Position numbers and translations under genes: made by a program. The notes beneath the pieces were generated by a model. It saw only the letters and a list, made by a program, of their open reading frames with translations, had not been told where the DNA came from and searched no databases. Of a stretch of 64,000 nucleotides of DNA, positions 45,213 to 54,949 are shown one piece after another. Positions within the stretch are counted from its first letter, which is position 1, and each line of letters begins with the position of its first letter. Origin of the DNA: Gemmatimonadota bacterium. Lineage in GTDB: Bacteria > Gemmatimonadota > Gemmatimonadetes > Gemmatimonadales > GWC2-71-9. The stretch is taken from assembly GCA_040002895.1 (NCBI GenBank), contig JBDUDP010000001.1:58872-122871 (forward strand), given 5' to 3'.

Positions 45213-47050
45213 TGCGCCGGATCCGCATCGCGCGGCTGAGTCTCGTCCCTGCGGCGATGCTCGCGCTGATCGGGGCCGGCGCGAGTGCCCAGGATCCGGT
45301 GCGGGTCCCGGTCGACAGTCTGGCCGATTCCCTTCGCGTCGCCGCCGACACGATCTCGGCCTCCGACCGCCGCATGCAGGACGACCTCAAGCAGCACGTG
45401 CAACTGCGGCCACTCCCGATGAGCGGCACGCTGGAATTGCTGCCGCCCGGCGCACGGCGGGTGTTCACCCGGGATTCGATCGACTGGGCGCCGGCGCAGA
45501 CGCTTGCCGACTTGTTGGCGCAGGTCGATGGCGTGTTCGTGCAACGTGGCGGTTGGCTCGGGCGCGCGGAACTGCCCAACTATCAGGCGCGAGGCGCGGC
45601 CTCGGTCGAGTACTACCTCGATGGCGTACCCTATCTCGCCGTCGGGCCCGATTCTGCCGCGGTCGATCCTTCGACATTTGCCCTTTCGCTGCTCGATCGC
45701 GTCGAGGTCGAACGGGGCCCGGGTCTCCTGCGCGTCTTTCTCTTCACTCGACGACACGATCGACTCGCGCCCCGCACACGCATCGGCGTCGCGGCTGGCG
45801 ACCGTGGCATCACTCGCTATCTCGGCGCCTTTGAACGACGCTATCCCAATGGGTTCGGACTCAGCCTCGGCGCCGACTATTTCGGGGTCAACGCGCCGAC
45901 CGGTGGCAGCGGCGAGTCGAATGCCACCAATATCTGGGCACAGATCGGTTGGGTTCCGACCGCACAATTCGGTGTGCAGGCGCAGCTGCTCGCGCAGGTC
46001 ATCGATCGTGGCGCACTGCTCTCTGGTGGCGTCGAGGGCGCGGCGGGCGACACCATCTCACCGTTCGTGAAGGGCACGCGCACTGATCTGCAGTTGCGCG
46101 GTTCCTGGCATCAACGGGACGACGGCCTCGGGCCTCGCGTCGACTTGTTCGCGGTCCGGACCCGATGGAGCAGTGATTCTCTGTCGCAGGACATCGGCCA
46201 TCTCGGCGGCACCGCCGGCTGGCGCCGCCCGACCTGGTCGGCCCAACTGAGTGCGTGGCACCACACCGAATGGACGCCGCTCGATGCCAGGCTTTCCGTC
46301 GGCTGGGCCCCTCTGTCGCGGGTGAGCGCCTCCATTGCCGCCGTGAAACAACACCACGCCGGTGATCGACGCAGCAGCTGGCGTGAGGGCCGAGTGGGAG
46401 TCCGACTGCCGTATGGGGTGAGCCTGACCGGGGTGGCCCGTGACGGCCGCCGAGTCGAAGCCCCGGCGCTGGCGGATGCACCGGAGCAGCGCTTCACGGA
46501 TGTTCAGGGACTCGCCGCCGTGGAATGGCGTCGCCTCGGTGTGGAGGCCGGCTATAGCCGAAACGACGGCTGGACACCGGTCGCGTTTCGGCAATTCCTG
46601 CTCGTGCCGGGCCTCGGCGCACTGCCCAAGACCGAGTGGCTGACGGTGCGCGGTCGGCTGTCCCCGCTGAGCTGGCTCACCCTCGAGACCCATCTTGAGC
46701 ATCCGCTGAAAGGGGTGCTCCCCGACGGCCAGCCACCCCGGCACGCCTACTCGACCGCGACCATCCAATCCCGGTTCCTGCGCAACTTCCCCAGCGGAAT
46801 CTTCGGCCTGAAGGTCCAAGGGGTGGTCGAGAGCTGGAGTCCCGGGGTCATTGGCCGCGACGCCGAAGGGGCGCCGATTGCCCTCCCGGGGGCCTCGTTC
46901 GTCCGTGGCCTGGTCCAGTTCAAGATCGGTCCCTTCTTCGCCTATTACGATCGCGTGAATTTCCGGTCCACCAAGGCCGGATTTGTGCCCGGCTACCCCT
47001 ATCTGGGGCTCGGCAGCACCTTCGGGGTCCGCTGGGAGTTCGCGAATTGA
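45212..47050 (+). CDS. TonB-dependent-receptor-like outer-membrane beta-barrel protein (plug domain recognisable)
   Basis: Start at ATG 45212 (TGATG overlap with pepA). Signal peptide 'MRRIRIARLSLVPAAMLALIGAGASAQ', plug-like 'LADLLAQVDGVFVQRGG...YYLDGVPY...LDRVEVERGPG', and a beta-rich remainder ending in 'FGVRWEFAN'. Confidence 0.65.
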   Translation: MRRIRIARLSLVPAAMLALIGAGASAQDPVRVPVDSLADSLRVAADTISASDRRMQDDLKQHVQLRPLPMSGTLELLPPGARRVFTRDSIDWAPAQTLADLLAQVDGVFVQRGGWLGRAELPNYQARGAASVEYYLDGVPYLAVGPDSAAVDPSTFALSLLDRVEVERGPGLLRVFLFTRRHDRLAPRTRIGVAAGDRGITRYLGAFERRYPNGFGLSLGADYFGVNAPTGGSGESNATNIWAQIGWVPTAQFGVQAQLLAQVIDRGALLSGGVEGAAGDTISPFVKGTRTDLQLRGSWHQRDDGLGPRVDLFAVRTRWSSDSLSQDIGHLGGTAGWRRPTWSAQLSAWHHTEWTPLDARLSVGWAPLSRVSASIAAVKQHHAGDRRSSWREGRVGVRLPYGVSLTGVARDGRRVEAPALADAPEQRFTDVQGLAAVEWRRLGVEAGYSRNDGWTPVAFRQFLLVPGLGALPKTEWLTVRGRLSPLSWLTLETHLEHPLKGVLPDGQPPRHAYSTATIQSRFLRNFPSGIFGLKVQGVVESWSPGVIGRDAEGAPIALPGASFVRGLVQFKIGPFFAYYDRVNFRSTKAGFVPGYPYLGLGSTFGVRWEFAN

Positions 47051-47128
47051 CCGACCGGGCCCCGGCAGTCCCCTGAAAGGGCGAATCCGGGTATCTTTCA
47101 CAGCTATCCTCGGAACGGAGCCGTTCGC

Positions 47129-48001
47129 TTGGCGCTGAGTATGACCGGGTTCGGGGCCGCGGAGGGTGAGGTGGCCGGTCGGAGGGCCCGGGTCGAGATC
47201 CGGACCGTCAACCATCGCTGGTTCAACCTCTCCGCTCGGCTCCCGGTGGAATTGGGAGCGCTCGAGACGGAACTGCGTGAGGCGTTGCGCCGCGAATTTG
47301 ACCGGGGCCACGTCACCCTCAGCGTCCGCTGGAGCGACGAGTCTGCCGCGGTCATGGGCGTCGACTGGGAACGCGCGGAGGCGGTGGTCGCCACGCTGCG
47401 TGAGGTCCGTGATCGGTTCGCGCTCGCCGGCGACGTGACGCTGGAGATGGTGTCGCGGCAATCGGATCTGTTCGGTTCGCGTCGCGAGGAGGCCGGCAGC
47501 GCGGTCGCGTGGGAAGTCGTCGCACCCGTGGTCGCCGCCGCGTGCGCTGAATGCCTCGAAGCACGTCGGCGCGAGGGCGCGGCGCTGGCCAGCGAGATCC
47601 GGGGACGACTGCAGGCGCTGGCGGACGGGGCGAAGCGGGTGCAGGTGCTGGCGCCGGCGCGGTTGCTTCGTGAGCACACGCGGTTGCATGCCCAGCTGAC
47701 CACCCTGCTCGACGGTGCGACGGTGGATGATGTCCGCGTGGCTCAGGAGATCGCCCTGCTGGCCGACCGCCTCGATATCACCGAGGAGCTGGTGCGGTTC
47801 GGGGCGCATCTCGATGCGGCAGACGCGATGCTCGCGGGCGAGAAGCCCGTTGGCAAGGCGCTCGGATTCCTCGCGCAGGAACTCGGACGCGAGGTGAACA
47901 CGATGGGCTCGAAGGCGAACGATCCGGCGATTGCGCACGAGGTGGTCGCGATGAAGGGTGAGCTCGAAAAGATTCGTGAGCAGTTGGAGAATCTCGAGTG
48001 A
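47129..48001 (+). CDS. yicC: YicC family stress-induced protein
   Basis: 'MALSMTGFG', 'VEIRTVNHRWF', 'DITEELVRFGAHL' and 'GKALGFLAQELGREVNTMGSKAN'. The start could be TTG 47129 or ATG 47141. Confidence 0.9.
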   Translation: MALSMTGFGAAEGEVAGRRARVEIRTVNHRWFNLSARLPVELGALETELREALRREFDRGHVTLSVRWSDESAAVMGVDWERAEAVVATLREVRDRFALAGDVTLEMVSRQSDLFGSRREEAGSAVAWEVVAPVVAAACAECLEARRREGAALASEIRGRLQALADGAKRVQVLAPARLLREHTRLHAQLTTLLDGATVDDVRVAQEIALLADRLDITEELVRFGAHLDAADAMLAGEKPVGKALGFLAQELGREVNTMGSKANDPAIAHEVVAMKGELEKIREQLENLE

Positions 48002-48645
48002 CGCCCCTGGTCGTGGTGCTGTCGTCGCCGTCGGGTGGTGGCAAGTCCACCATCGCGCGCCGGGTGTTGTCGGAACGGAGTGATGTCGGTTATTCGGTGT
48101 CGGCGACGACTCGCGCCGCCCGGCCCGGCGAGGTGACAGCCCGGGAGTACCATTTTCTCGGCGCGGGAGAATTTGAACAGCGCGTGCAGGCGGGAGAGTT
48201 TCTCGAGCACGCGATGTACAACAATCACCGCTACGGCACGCTCGCGAGTGAAGTGCGGCATGTGGTGCAGAGTGGCCAGCATGTCCTGCTGGACATCGAG
48301 GTCGCGGGGGCCCGCTTGGTGCGCGAGCGGTTCCCCGATGCGGTCCTGATTTTCGTGGTGCCGCCGAGCGGGGCCGAGTTGACCGCCCGCTTGCGGGCGC
48401 GGGGGACTGAGGGGCCGGACGCCATGGCGGGGCGCTTGGAGCAGGCGCTCGAAGAGCTGGCCGCCGCGGTGGAGTATGATTTTGTCGTCGTCAACGACGA
48501 CCTGGATGCTGCGGTGCGCGCCGTGCACGCGATCCTGGATGCAGAAGCACGGCGCACCAGCCGGCAGCGAGACCTGACGGTCCTGCTGGACCGGCTCCGA
48601 ACCGAAGTCGCCGCCGAAATCGATCGGGTGGGCGGCGATCACTGA
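47998..48645 (+). CDS. gmk: guanylate kinase
   Basis: 215 aa with 'VLSSPSGGGKSTI', 'SVSATTRAARPGE' and 'YHFL'. GTGA overlap with yicC. Confidence 0.92.
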   Translation: MTPLVVVLSSPSGGGKSTIARRVLSERSDVGYSVSATTRAARPGEVTAREYHFLGAGEFEQRVQAGEFLEHAMYNNHRYGTLASEVRHVVQSGQHVLLDIEVAGARLVRERFPDAVLIFVVPPSGAELTARLRARGTEGPDAMAGRLEQALEELAAAVEYDFVVVNDDLDAAVRAVHAILDAEARRTSRQRDLTVLLDRLRTEVAAEIDRVGGDH

Positions 48646-48660
48646 TCGCAGGGGGTTGGA

Positions 48661-48888
48661 ATGGAAATCTTCACGCCGCAGGAAGTGGCAGCGCAGACGG
48701 GCTCGAAATACCGCGGGGTCCTCGTGGCCGCCAAGTTCGCGCGCTACCTGAATGAATTTCCTCGCGAGGCCGTGGCCAACTGGGAGCGGGTCGAAGGGGT
48801 CAAGAAGCTCACGACGCTTTCGCTGCAGAAGCTCACCAGCGGTGAGCTGACGTTTCGGGAGCTTCGTCGGCGCCGCACCGAGGCCTGA
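48661..48888 (+). CDS. rpoZ: DNA-directed RNA polymerase subunit omega
   Basis: 75 aa. 'SKYRGVLVAAKFARYLN' parallels the RpoZ core 'NRFxLVxxAAKRARQL'. It is in the conserved gmk-rpoZ position. Confidence 0.7.
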   Translation: MEIFTPQEVAAQTGSKYRGVLVAAKFARYLNEFPREAVANWERVEGVKKLTTLSLQKLTSGELTFRELRRRRTEA

Positions 48889-48889
48889 T

Positions 48890-50083
48890 ATGTGGCGGGG
48901 CCGCCACGTCGTCCTGGGAGTGACCGGGGGCATTGCGGCCTACAAGAGCGTCTTGGTCGCGCGTGAGTTGACGGCGCGCGGCGCCACGGTGGATGTGATC
49001 CTGACGCGCGGGGCGGCCGAGTTCATCGGTCGCCCGACATTCGAAGCCGTCACCCGGCGCCCTGTTCGCTCCTCACTGTGGGAGCGCGACGGGGCGCTCG
49101 AGCATGTGTCGTTAGGGCAGGAGGCCGATCTGGTCCTCGTGGCGCCAGCCACGGCGCACCTGATTGCCCGTGCCGCCGCGGGCATGGCGGACGATCTCCT
49201 GACCGCCGTCCTGCTCGCCAGCACCAAGCCCGTCCTGCTCGCCCCGGCCATGAACGACGAGATGTACGCGGCGGAGCCGACCAGGGCGAATCTCGATGCA
49301 CTGGTGGCCCGCGGCTGGCATGTCGTGGGTCCAGCGATCGGGGCGCTGGCAGAGGGGCCGTCCGATCGGCCGGGTCGCATGGTCGAGCCGGCCGAGATTG
49401 TTGCGCACGCCGACCGCCTGCTCTACGGCCAAGGTCCCTTGGCCGGTCGCACGGTCCTCATCACCGCCGGTCCGACACGCGAGTCGCTCGACCCGGTCCG
49501 GGTGATCACCAATCGCTCCAGCGGCAAAATGGGATACCGCCTCGCCGAAGCGGCGTGGCGCCGGGGAGCAAAGGTGATCCTGATCAGCGGGCCCTCGCAC
49601 GAGCCACTTCCGATCGGCGTCACCGTGCAGCACGTCGATACCACGACGGACTTGGCCGCGGCCGTGCGCCGTCATCTCCCCGGCAGTGACATCCTCGTCA
49701 TGGCGGCGGCTCCGGCAGACTATCGTCCGGTGACGCAGCGCGACACCAAGTTGCCCCGTTCCGCCGGCGGCTTCACGCTCGCCCTCGAGGCGACCGAGGA
49801 CATCCTGCTTGGCACGCTCGCGGAGCGACACGCCGGACTCACGGTGGTCGGGTTCGCGCTGGAAACCGGCGCGGCCCTCGAAAAGGGACGGGCCAAACTG
49901 CAGCGCAAACAACTGGACATGATCGTGGTGAATGATGCGCTGGAGCCGGGCGCAGGGTTTGACGTCGACACCAATGCGGTGACGATCCTTGACTGCCTCG
50001 GCGGCGAGTTGCGGGTGCCGCTGGCGAGCAAGTCCGCGGTGGCCGAGGTGATTCTCGACGCCATCGAGGCCTACCGTGGCTGA
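48890..50083 (+). CDS. coaBC: bifunctional phosphopantothenoylcysteine decarboxylase / phosphopantothenate--cysteine ligase
   Basis: 397 aa with 'VVLGVTGGIAAYK', 'APAMNDEMY', 'ITAGPTRESLDPVRVITNRSSGKMG' and 'VVNDA'. Confidence 0.93.
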   Translation: MWRGRHVVLGVTGGIAAYKSVLVARELTARGATVDVILTRGAAEFIGRPTFEAVTRRPVRSSLWERDGALEHVSLGQEADLVLVAPATAHLIARAAAGMADDLLTAVLLASTKPVLLAPAMNDEMYAAEPTRANLDALVARGWHVVGPAIGALAEGPSDRPGRMVEPAEIVAHADRLLYGQGPLAGRTVLITAGPTRESLDPVRVITNRSSGKMGYRLAEAAWRRGAKVILISGPSHEPLPIGVTVQHVDTTTDLAAAVRRHLPGSDILVMAAAPADYRPVTQRDTKLPRSAGGFTLALEATEDILLGTLAERHAGLTVVGFALETGAALEKGRAKLQRKQLDMIVVNDALEPGAGFDVDTNAVTILDCLGGELRVPLASKSAVAEVILDAIEAYRG

Positions 50084-50918
50084 TCCCCTGCGACGCTACC
50101 TCGTCGCGCAAGCTGATCTGGGGGGGGAGGAGATCCTGCTCGACGCCCCGGTCCAGCTTCCCGCCCCGACTGCTTCGGTCCGTCGGACGGCGGCGCCTGC
50201 GCCCCAAGCCGCCGTGGCGAGTCCCCCAAGTCCGGCTCCCGCCACGCCGCGTCGCGCCGCTGCGCCGGTTCCGGCGGCCACGGACGCCGTGGGTTGGCGG
50301 AAGGGTGCGCCTGAGATTCCCGGGCCGGGTCTGCGCATCAGCACTCCCCCGAGTCACGAGCGACTTGGCTCGCTCGAGGCGGTTGCCGAGGTCATCGCCT
50401 CCTGTACCGCCTGTCCGCTTTGCACCGGTCGCACCAACACCGTGCCGGGCGAGGGTAATCCAGCCGCACGACTGATGCTGATTGGCGAGGGGCCGGGGGA
50501 GACCGAGGACCAGACGGGACGACCCTTCGTCGGTCGGGCCGGCGAGCTACTGGACAAGATCCTCGAGAACATCGAGACTCCGCGGAGCAGTGTCTTCATC
50601 GCGAATGTCGTGAAGTGTCGCCCGCCGAGGAACCGGGCGCCCTTGCCGGATGAACGGGCCGCCTGCCTGCCGTTCCTCCACCGGCAAATCGCGCTGGTGC
50701 GGCCCAAGGTCCTGCTCGCCCTCGGGAGCACCGCCGCCGAGGCGATGCTCGGCATCAAGCGGCCGCTGGGAGACCTGCGACTGAAGGTGCACGAATGGAA
50801 TGGCATTCCGCTGGTGGTGACCTACCATCCCGCAGCGCTGCTGCGAAACCCGAATTGGAAGCGACCGGCCTGGGATGACGTACGTATTGCCCGACAGCTC
50901 CTCGACCTCGATGACTGA
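50076..50918 (+). CDS. uracil-DNA glycosylase, family 4, with an Ala/Pro-rich N-terminal extension
   Basis: 'CTACPLCTGRTNTVPGEGNPAARLMLIGEGPGETEDQTGRPFVGRAGELL', 'VKCRPP' and 'TYHPAALLRNP'. The first roughly 100 aa are low-complexity. Confidence 0.85.
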   Translation: MADPLRRYLVAQADLGGEEILLDAPVQLPAPTASVRRTAAPAPQAAVASPPSPAPATPRRAAAPVPAATDAVGWRKGAPEIPGPGLRISTPPSHERLGSLEAVAEVIASCTACPLCTGRTNTVPGEGNPAARLMLIGEGPGETEDQTGRPFVGRAGELLDKILENIETPRSSVFIANVVKCRPPRNRAPLPDERAACLPFLHRQIALVRPKVLLALGSTAAEAMLGIKRPLGDLRLKVHEWNGIPLVVTYHPAALLRNPNWKRPAWDDVRIARQLLDLDD

Positions 50919-52272
50919 TCCCTTCCAGGGGCGCGCTGCGCCTTGGAGCCAGGAGGCCGAACAGGCCGTCCTCGGCGCGATGGTGATCGACGGCGATGCC
51001 GCCTTGCGCGGGGCCGAGCTCATCGATGACACCATGTTCTACAAGGAAGGCCATCGTCGGCTCTTCCGCGCGCTGCGCGCGTTGGTCGAAGCGCAGATGG
51101 TGGTCGACTACATCACCCTGCGTGACGAGTTGATGCGTCGGGGGGATCTCGAGCTGGCCGGCGGCAACAGCTACCTCGACGAGCTTGTGAACGCGGTCCC
51201 GACCGCGGCGAACATCGAGTTCCACGCCAAGATCATCAAGGAGAAGTCAATCCAGCGGCGCCTGATCGAGGCGGCGACGCAGATCATTGCCGAGACCTAT
51301 GATGGCAAGAGCACGGCGAACGAACTGCTCGACACGGCCGAAGGCAAGATCTTCACGATCGCGCAGCAGCGGCGCGATGCCGGCTTCACCCGCATCAAGG
51401 AGATGCTCTGGCCGGCCATGGAGCGCATCGAAACGCTCCAGCGCAGCGGCAGTTCGATCACCGGGGTGCCCAGCGGGTTCACCCATCTTGATGAGATGAC
51501 GACCGGCTTCCAGAACTCCGAGCTCATCATCGTGGCCGCGCGCCCGTCGATGGGCAAGACCGCCTTCTGCCTGAACCTCGCCACGCATGCCGCGACCGAA
51601 GGTTTCGGCGTGGCCATCTTCTCGCTCGAAATGTCCAAGGATGCGCTGGTCCAGCGGATGCTGTGTGCCGAGGCACGGGTCGACTCGCAGGGCGTGCGTC
51701 GCGGCACCCTCAAGGACGCCGATTTCACGCGCCTCGCGCGCGCCGCCGGTCACCTGCAGACCTGCCCCGTCTGGATCGACGACACCCCGGCCCTGACGCT
51801 GCTCGAGATGCGTTCCAAGGCCCGGCGGCTCAAGGCGGACAACGACCTGCGCATGGTGGTGGTCGACTACCTGCAGCTGATGCGGTCGCCGGAATATTCC
51901 GAGAACCGGGTGCAGGAGATCTCCGACATTTCGCGCTCGCTCAAGCAACTCGCGCGCGAACTCGAGGTGCCGGTGGTGGCGTTGTCGCAGCTCTCGCGCG
52001 CCTCGGAGACGCGCGGGGGCGACCGCCTGCCGCTGCTCTCCGACCTGCGCGACTCGGGAGCCATTGAGCAGGACGCCGACGTCGTGCTCTTCATCCATCG
52101 GCCGGAGATGTACAAGGACATGCGCGAGAAGGCCGAGGAGAAGGGCGAATCGCTTGACGGGAAAGCCTCGGTGATCGTGGCGAAGCACCGCAACGGCCCC
52201 ACCGGCGATTTCGACCTCTATTTTCACAAGCACTTTACCCGCTTCGACAACCTCAGCGAGCGCGAGGGGTAG
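50911..52272 (+). CDS. dnaB: replicative DNA helicase
   Basis: Start at ATG 50911 (MTDPFQGR). Contains 'PWSQEAEQAVLGAMV', 'GVPSGFTHLDEMT', 'ARPSMGKTAFCLN' and 'VVDYLQLM'. Normal length, no intein. Confidence 0.95.
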   Translation: MTDPFQGRAAPWSQEAEQAVLGAMVIDGDAALRGAELIDDTMFYKEGHRRLFRALRALVEAQMVVDYITLRDELMRRGDLELAGGNSYLDELVNAVPTAANIEFHAKIIKEKSIQRRLIEAATQIIAETYDGKSTANELLDTAEGKIFTIAQQRRDAGFTRIKEMLWPAMERIETLQRSGSSITGVPSGFTHLDEMTTGFQNSELIIVAARPSMGKTAFCLNLATHAATEGFGVAIFSLEMSKDALVQRMLCAEARVDSQGVRRGTLKDADFTRLARAAGHLQTCPVWIDDTPALTLLEMRSKARRLKADNDLRMVVVDYLQLMRSPEYSENRVQEISDISRSLKQLARELEVPVVALSQLSRASETRGGDRLPLLSDLRDSGAIEQDADVVLFIHRPEMYKDMREKAEEKGESLDGKASVIVAKHRNGPTGDFDLYFHKHFTRFDNLSEREG

Positions 52273-52273
52273 G

Positions 52274-53626
52274 GTGGCGAAGCCGAAGTCGGTCTGGCGC
52301 TGCGTCGAGTGCGGCCACGACCATCCCAAGTGGGTCGGCCGGTGCGAGGCGTGCGGTGAATGGAACAGCGTGGGCGAGGAGCCGCTTGTCACCACGCCGC
52401 CGCGCGCCGGCGGCAGCACTGCGATCGGCGCACCCGTGGTGCGACTCCGCGACGTCACCGGGGCACGTCTCGAGCGCTGGAGCACCGGACTCCCCGAACT
52501 CGACTACGTCCTCGGCGGTGGGCTCGTGCCCGGGTCGATGACCCTCATCGGCGGCGAGCCCGGCATCGGCAAGTCGACCCTGTTGCTGCAGGCTGCAGCC
52601 CTGCTCGAGGTCGCGGGGCATTCGGTGCTGTACGCCAGCGGGGAGGAATCGGCCGAGCAGTTGCGACTGCGCGCCGATCGACTGGGCGATGCGGCGGGCG
52701 GCGTTCAGGTCATGGGTGAGACCCGGCTTGAGAGCGTGTTGCGTGCGGCACGGATGGTGAACGCGTCGGTGCTGGTGCTGGACTCGATCCAGACCGTGTT
52801 CACCGACGCGCTCGAAAGCGCGCCAGGGAACGTGGGGCAGGTGCGTGAATGTGCCGGTCTGCTCATGCGCTTCGCCAAGGAGAGCGGGACGGCCGTGGTG
52901 GTGGTGGGCCACGTCACCAAGGGGGGCAGCATCGCCGGCCCCAAGACGCTCGAACATATCGTCGACACCGTGCTCTACTTCGAGGGCGAGGCTTCGCTCG
53001 ACTATCGACTACTGCGCGCCACCAAGAACCGATTCGGCGCCGTCGATGAACTCGGCGTCTTTGAGATGACGGCACGCGGCCTGGTCGCGGTCGCCAATCC
53101 GTCGGCCGTTTTCCTCGCCGCGCGTGCCAGCGGAACGTCGGGAAGTGCGGTGACCGCCCTGATGGAGGGGACACGGCCGGTCTTGGTGGAAGTACAGGCG
53201 CTGGCGGCCCCCTCGGGATACGGCACGCCACAGCGGGTCGCGACCGGCCTCGACCAGAAGCGGCTCGCCGTGATTCTTGCGGTCCTTGAACGCCGGGCCG
53301 GGGCATCGTTCGCCGCGCTCGATGTCTTCGTGCAGGTGACCGCCGGGGTGCGGCTCACCGAACCCGGAGCGGATCTTGCCGTGGCGGCGGCGCTGCTGTC
53401 GTCGATGCATGATCGGCCCACACCAGCGCACGCGCTTTACCTTGGCGAGGTCGGGCTGGGCGGGGAGATCCGCCCCATTGGTGGGCTCGATCGACGCCTG
53501 GCGGAGGCCGCGCGGCTGGGGTTCAGTGAGGCGTGGGGGTCCGATCGCGCCACGAGCGCGGTGCCGGGGATCCGCCATCGCGGGCTCGCCCATGTCGACC
53601 AGCTGGTGCGCGCACTTGCCGCGTGA
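52274..53626 (+). CDS. radA: DNA repair protein RadA/Sms
   Basis: 450 aa with zinc ribbon 'WRCVECGHDHPKWVGRCEACGEWNS', Walker A 'GGEPGIGKSTLLLQ', 'KNRFG' and a Lon-like C-terminus. Confidence 0.95.
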   Translation: MAKPKSVWRCVECGHDHPKWVGRCEACGEWNSVGEEPLVTTPPRAGGSTAIGAPVVRLRDVTGARLERWSTGLPELDYVLGGGLVPGSMTLIGGEPGIGKSTLLLQAAALLEVAGHSVLYASGEESAEQLRLRADRLGDAAGGVQVMGETRLESVLRAARMVNASVLVLDSIQTVFTDALESAPGNVGQVRECAGLLMRFAKESGTAVVVVGHVTKGGSIAGPKTLEHIVDTVLYFEGEASLDYRLLRATKNRFGAVDELGVFEMTARGLVAVANPSAVFLAARASGTSGSAVTALMEGTRPVLVEVQALAAPSGYGTPQRVATGLDQKRLAVILAVLERRAGASFAALDVFVQVTAGVRLTEPGADLAVAAALLSSMHDRPTPAHALYLGEVGLGGEIRPIGGLDRRLAEAARLGFSEAWGSDRATSAVPGIRHRGLAHVDQLVRALAA

Positions 53627-54302
53627 TGTCGGTGTCATCGTCGTGGCGGCAGGTCGTGGCGCCCGCTTTGGGGGCGACGTGCCCAAGCAGTTCGCACTGC
53701 TCAGCGGCGTTCCGATTCTGCTGCACGCGCTGCGTCCTTTCACCTCGCATCCCGAAGTCGGGCAGGTCGTGCTCGTGCTGCCCCCCCCCGATGTCGCGTC
53801 GCCGCCTGCGTGGCTGGTGCCCCTGCTTGGCCATGCGTTGATCGCGGTGCCGGGCGGCGAACAACGCGCCGATTCTGTGGCGGCCGGTTTGGCGGCACTT
53901 CAGGCGGCCTGCACGGTGGTGCTGGTCCACGACGGGGCGCGCCCGTTCCCGCCGCGCGACACCATCGATGCCGGCATTGCGGCGGCCCGTTCCGGACGCA
54001 GTGCCATCCCCGCGTTGCCGGTCGGCGATACCATCAAGCGAGCCGACGATTACGGTCGCGTGCTCGGTACCGTGCCGCGCGAGGGACTCTGGCGGGTCCA
54101 GACACCGCAGGCCTTTCCGCGAGAGACGCTGACCCGGGCCCATGAGACCGCGCGTCGCGACGGGGTGAGCGGGACCGATGATGCCTGCCTGGTTGAGCGA
54201 CTCGGTGAAGTGGTGGAACTGCTGCCCGGCGCCGCTCGGAATCTCAAGATCACGACACCCGACGATGTCGCTCTCGCGACCTGGTATGCGGAGCATCCGT
54301 GA
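53616..54302 (+). CDS. ispD: 2-C-methyl-D-erythritol 4-phosphate cytidylyltransferase
   Basis: 'VGVIVVAAGRGARFGGDVPKQF', 'VLVHDGARPF' and 'QTPQAF'. The start could be TTG 53616 (typical N-terminus) or ATG 53592. Both overlap radA. Confidence 0.88.
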   Translation: MPRDVGVIVVAAGRGARFGGDVPKQFALLSGVPILLHALRPFTSHPEVGQVVLVLPPPDVASPPAWLVPLLGHALIAVPGGEQRADSVAAGLAALQAACTVVLVHDGARPFPPRDTIDAGIAAARSGRSAIPALPVGDTIKRADDYGRVLGTVPREGLWRVQTPQAFPRETLTRAHETARRDGVSGTDDACLVERLGEVVELLPGAARNLKITTPDDVALATWYAEHP

Positions 54303-54949
54303 TCCTGGCATTCGAAACCGTCGCTGACGTCGGCACGGCGCTTCCGATCGTCGAACGCCACCTCGTGGCCGGGGGGGTGCTCGGCTATCCCACCGAGACC
54401 GTGTACGGACTCGGCGGCGAAGCCAACGATCCTGCGCTCGACCGCCTCGCGGCACTGAAGGGCCGCCCACCGCGCAAGCCGTTCCTGTTGCTGGTCAGCG
54501 GCACCGCGATGGTCGAGGCTTGCGGGCTGGTGCTGAACGCTCCGGCCCGCGTCTTGGCCGCCGAATTCTGGCCGGGTCCGCTCACGCTGGTGCTGCGGGG
54601 CGGTGAGGGGCGGCTCCCCGACCGACTGCGCGGCGCCGAGGGCGGCATCGCGGTGCGCTGGACCTCGCACCGCGCCATGGCCCGATTGATCAAGGCGATC
54701 GGACGGCCGCTCACCTCGACCTCAGCCAACCGCCCCGGCGGCCCGCCGGCACCGGGACCGGAGCGGCTGGTCGAACTCTTTCCCGAAGCGGTTGCATCGG
54801 GCGACCTGCTGATTCTCGACGGTGGTGTGCTCGGCAACGTCCCGCCGTCCACCCTGGTCGACTGCACCGGCCCTGTCCCGCGCCTGGTGCGTGAGGGCGC
54901 GATTCCACGTGACGAATTGCGCCGGCGAGCCGGCTCGATGGCACCGTGA
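54299..54949 (+). CDS. tsaC: L-threonylcarbamoyladenylate synthase (YrdC/TsaC/Sua5 family)
   Basis: 216 aa with 'GGVLGYPTETVYGLGGEA', 'LKGRPPRKPFLLLV', 'WPGPLTLVL' and 'TSTSANRPG'. Confidence 0.88.
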   Translation: MILAFETVADVGTALPIVERHLVAGGVLGYPTETVYGLGGEANDPALDRLAALKGRPPRKPFLLLVSGTAMVEACGLVLNAPARVLAAEFWPGPLTLVLRGGEGRLPDRLRGAEGGIAVRWTSHRAMARLIKAIGRPLTSTSANRPGGPPAPGPERLVELFPEAVASGDLLILDGGVLGNVPPSTLVDCTGPVPRLVREGAIPRDELRRRAGSMAP

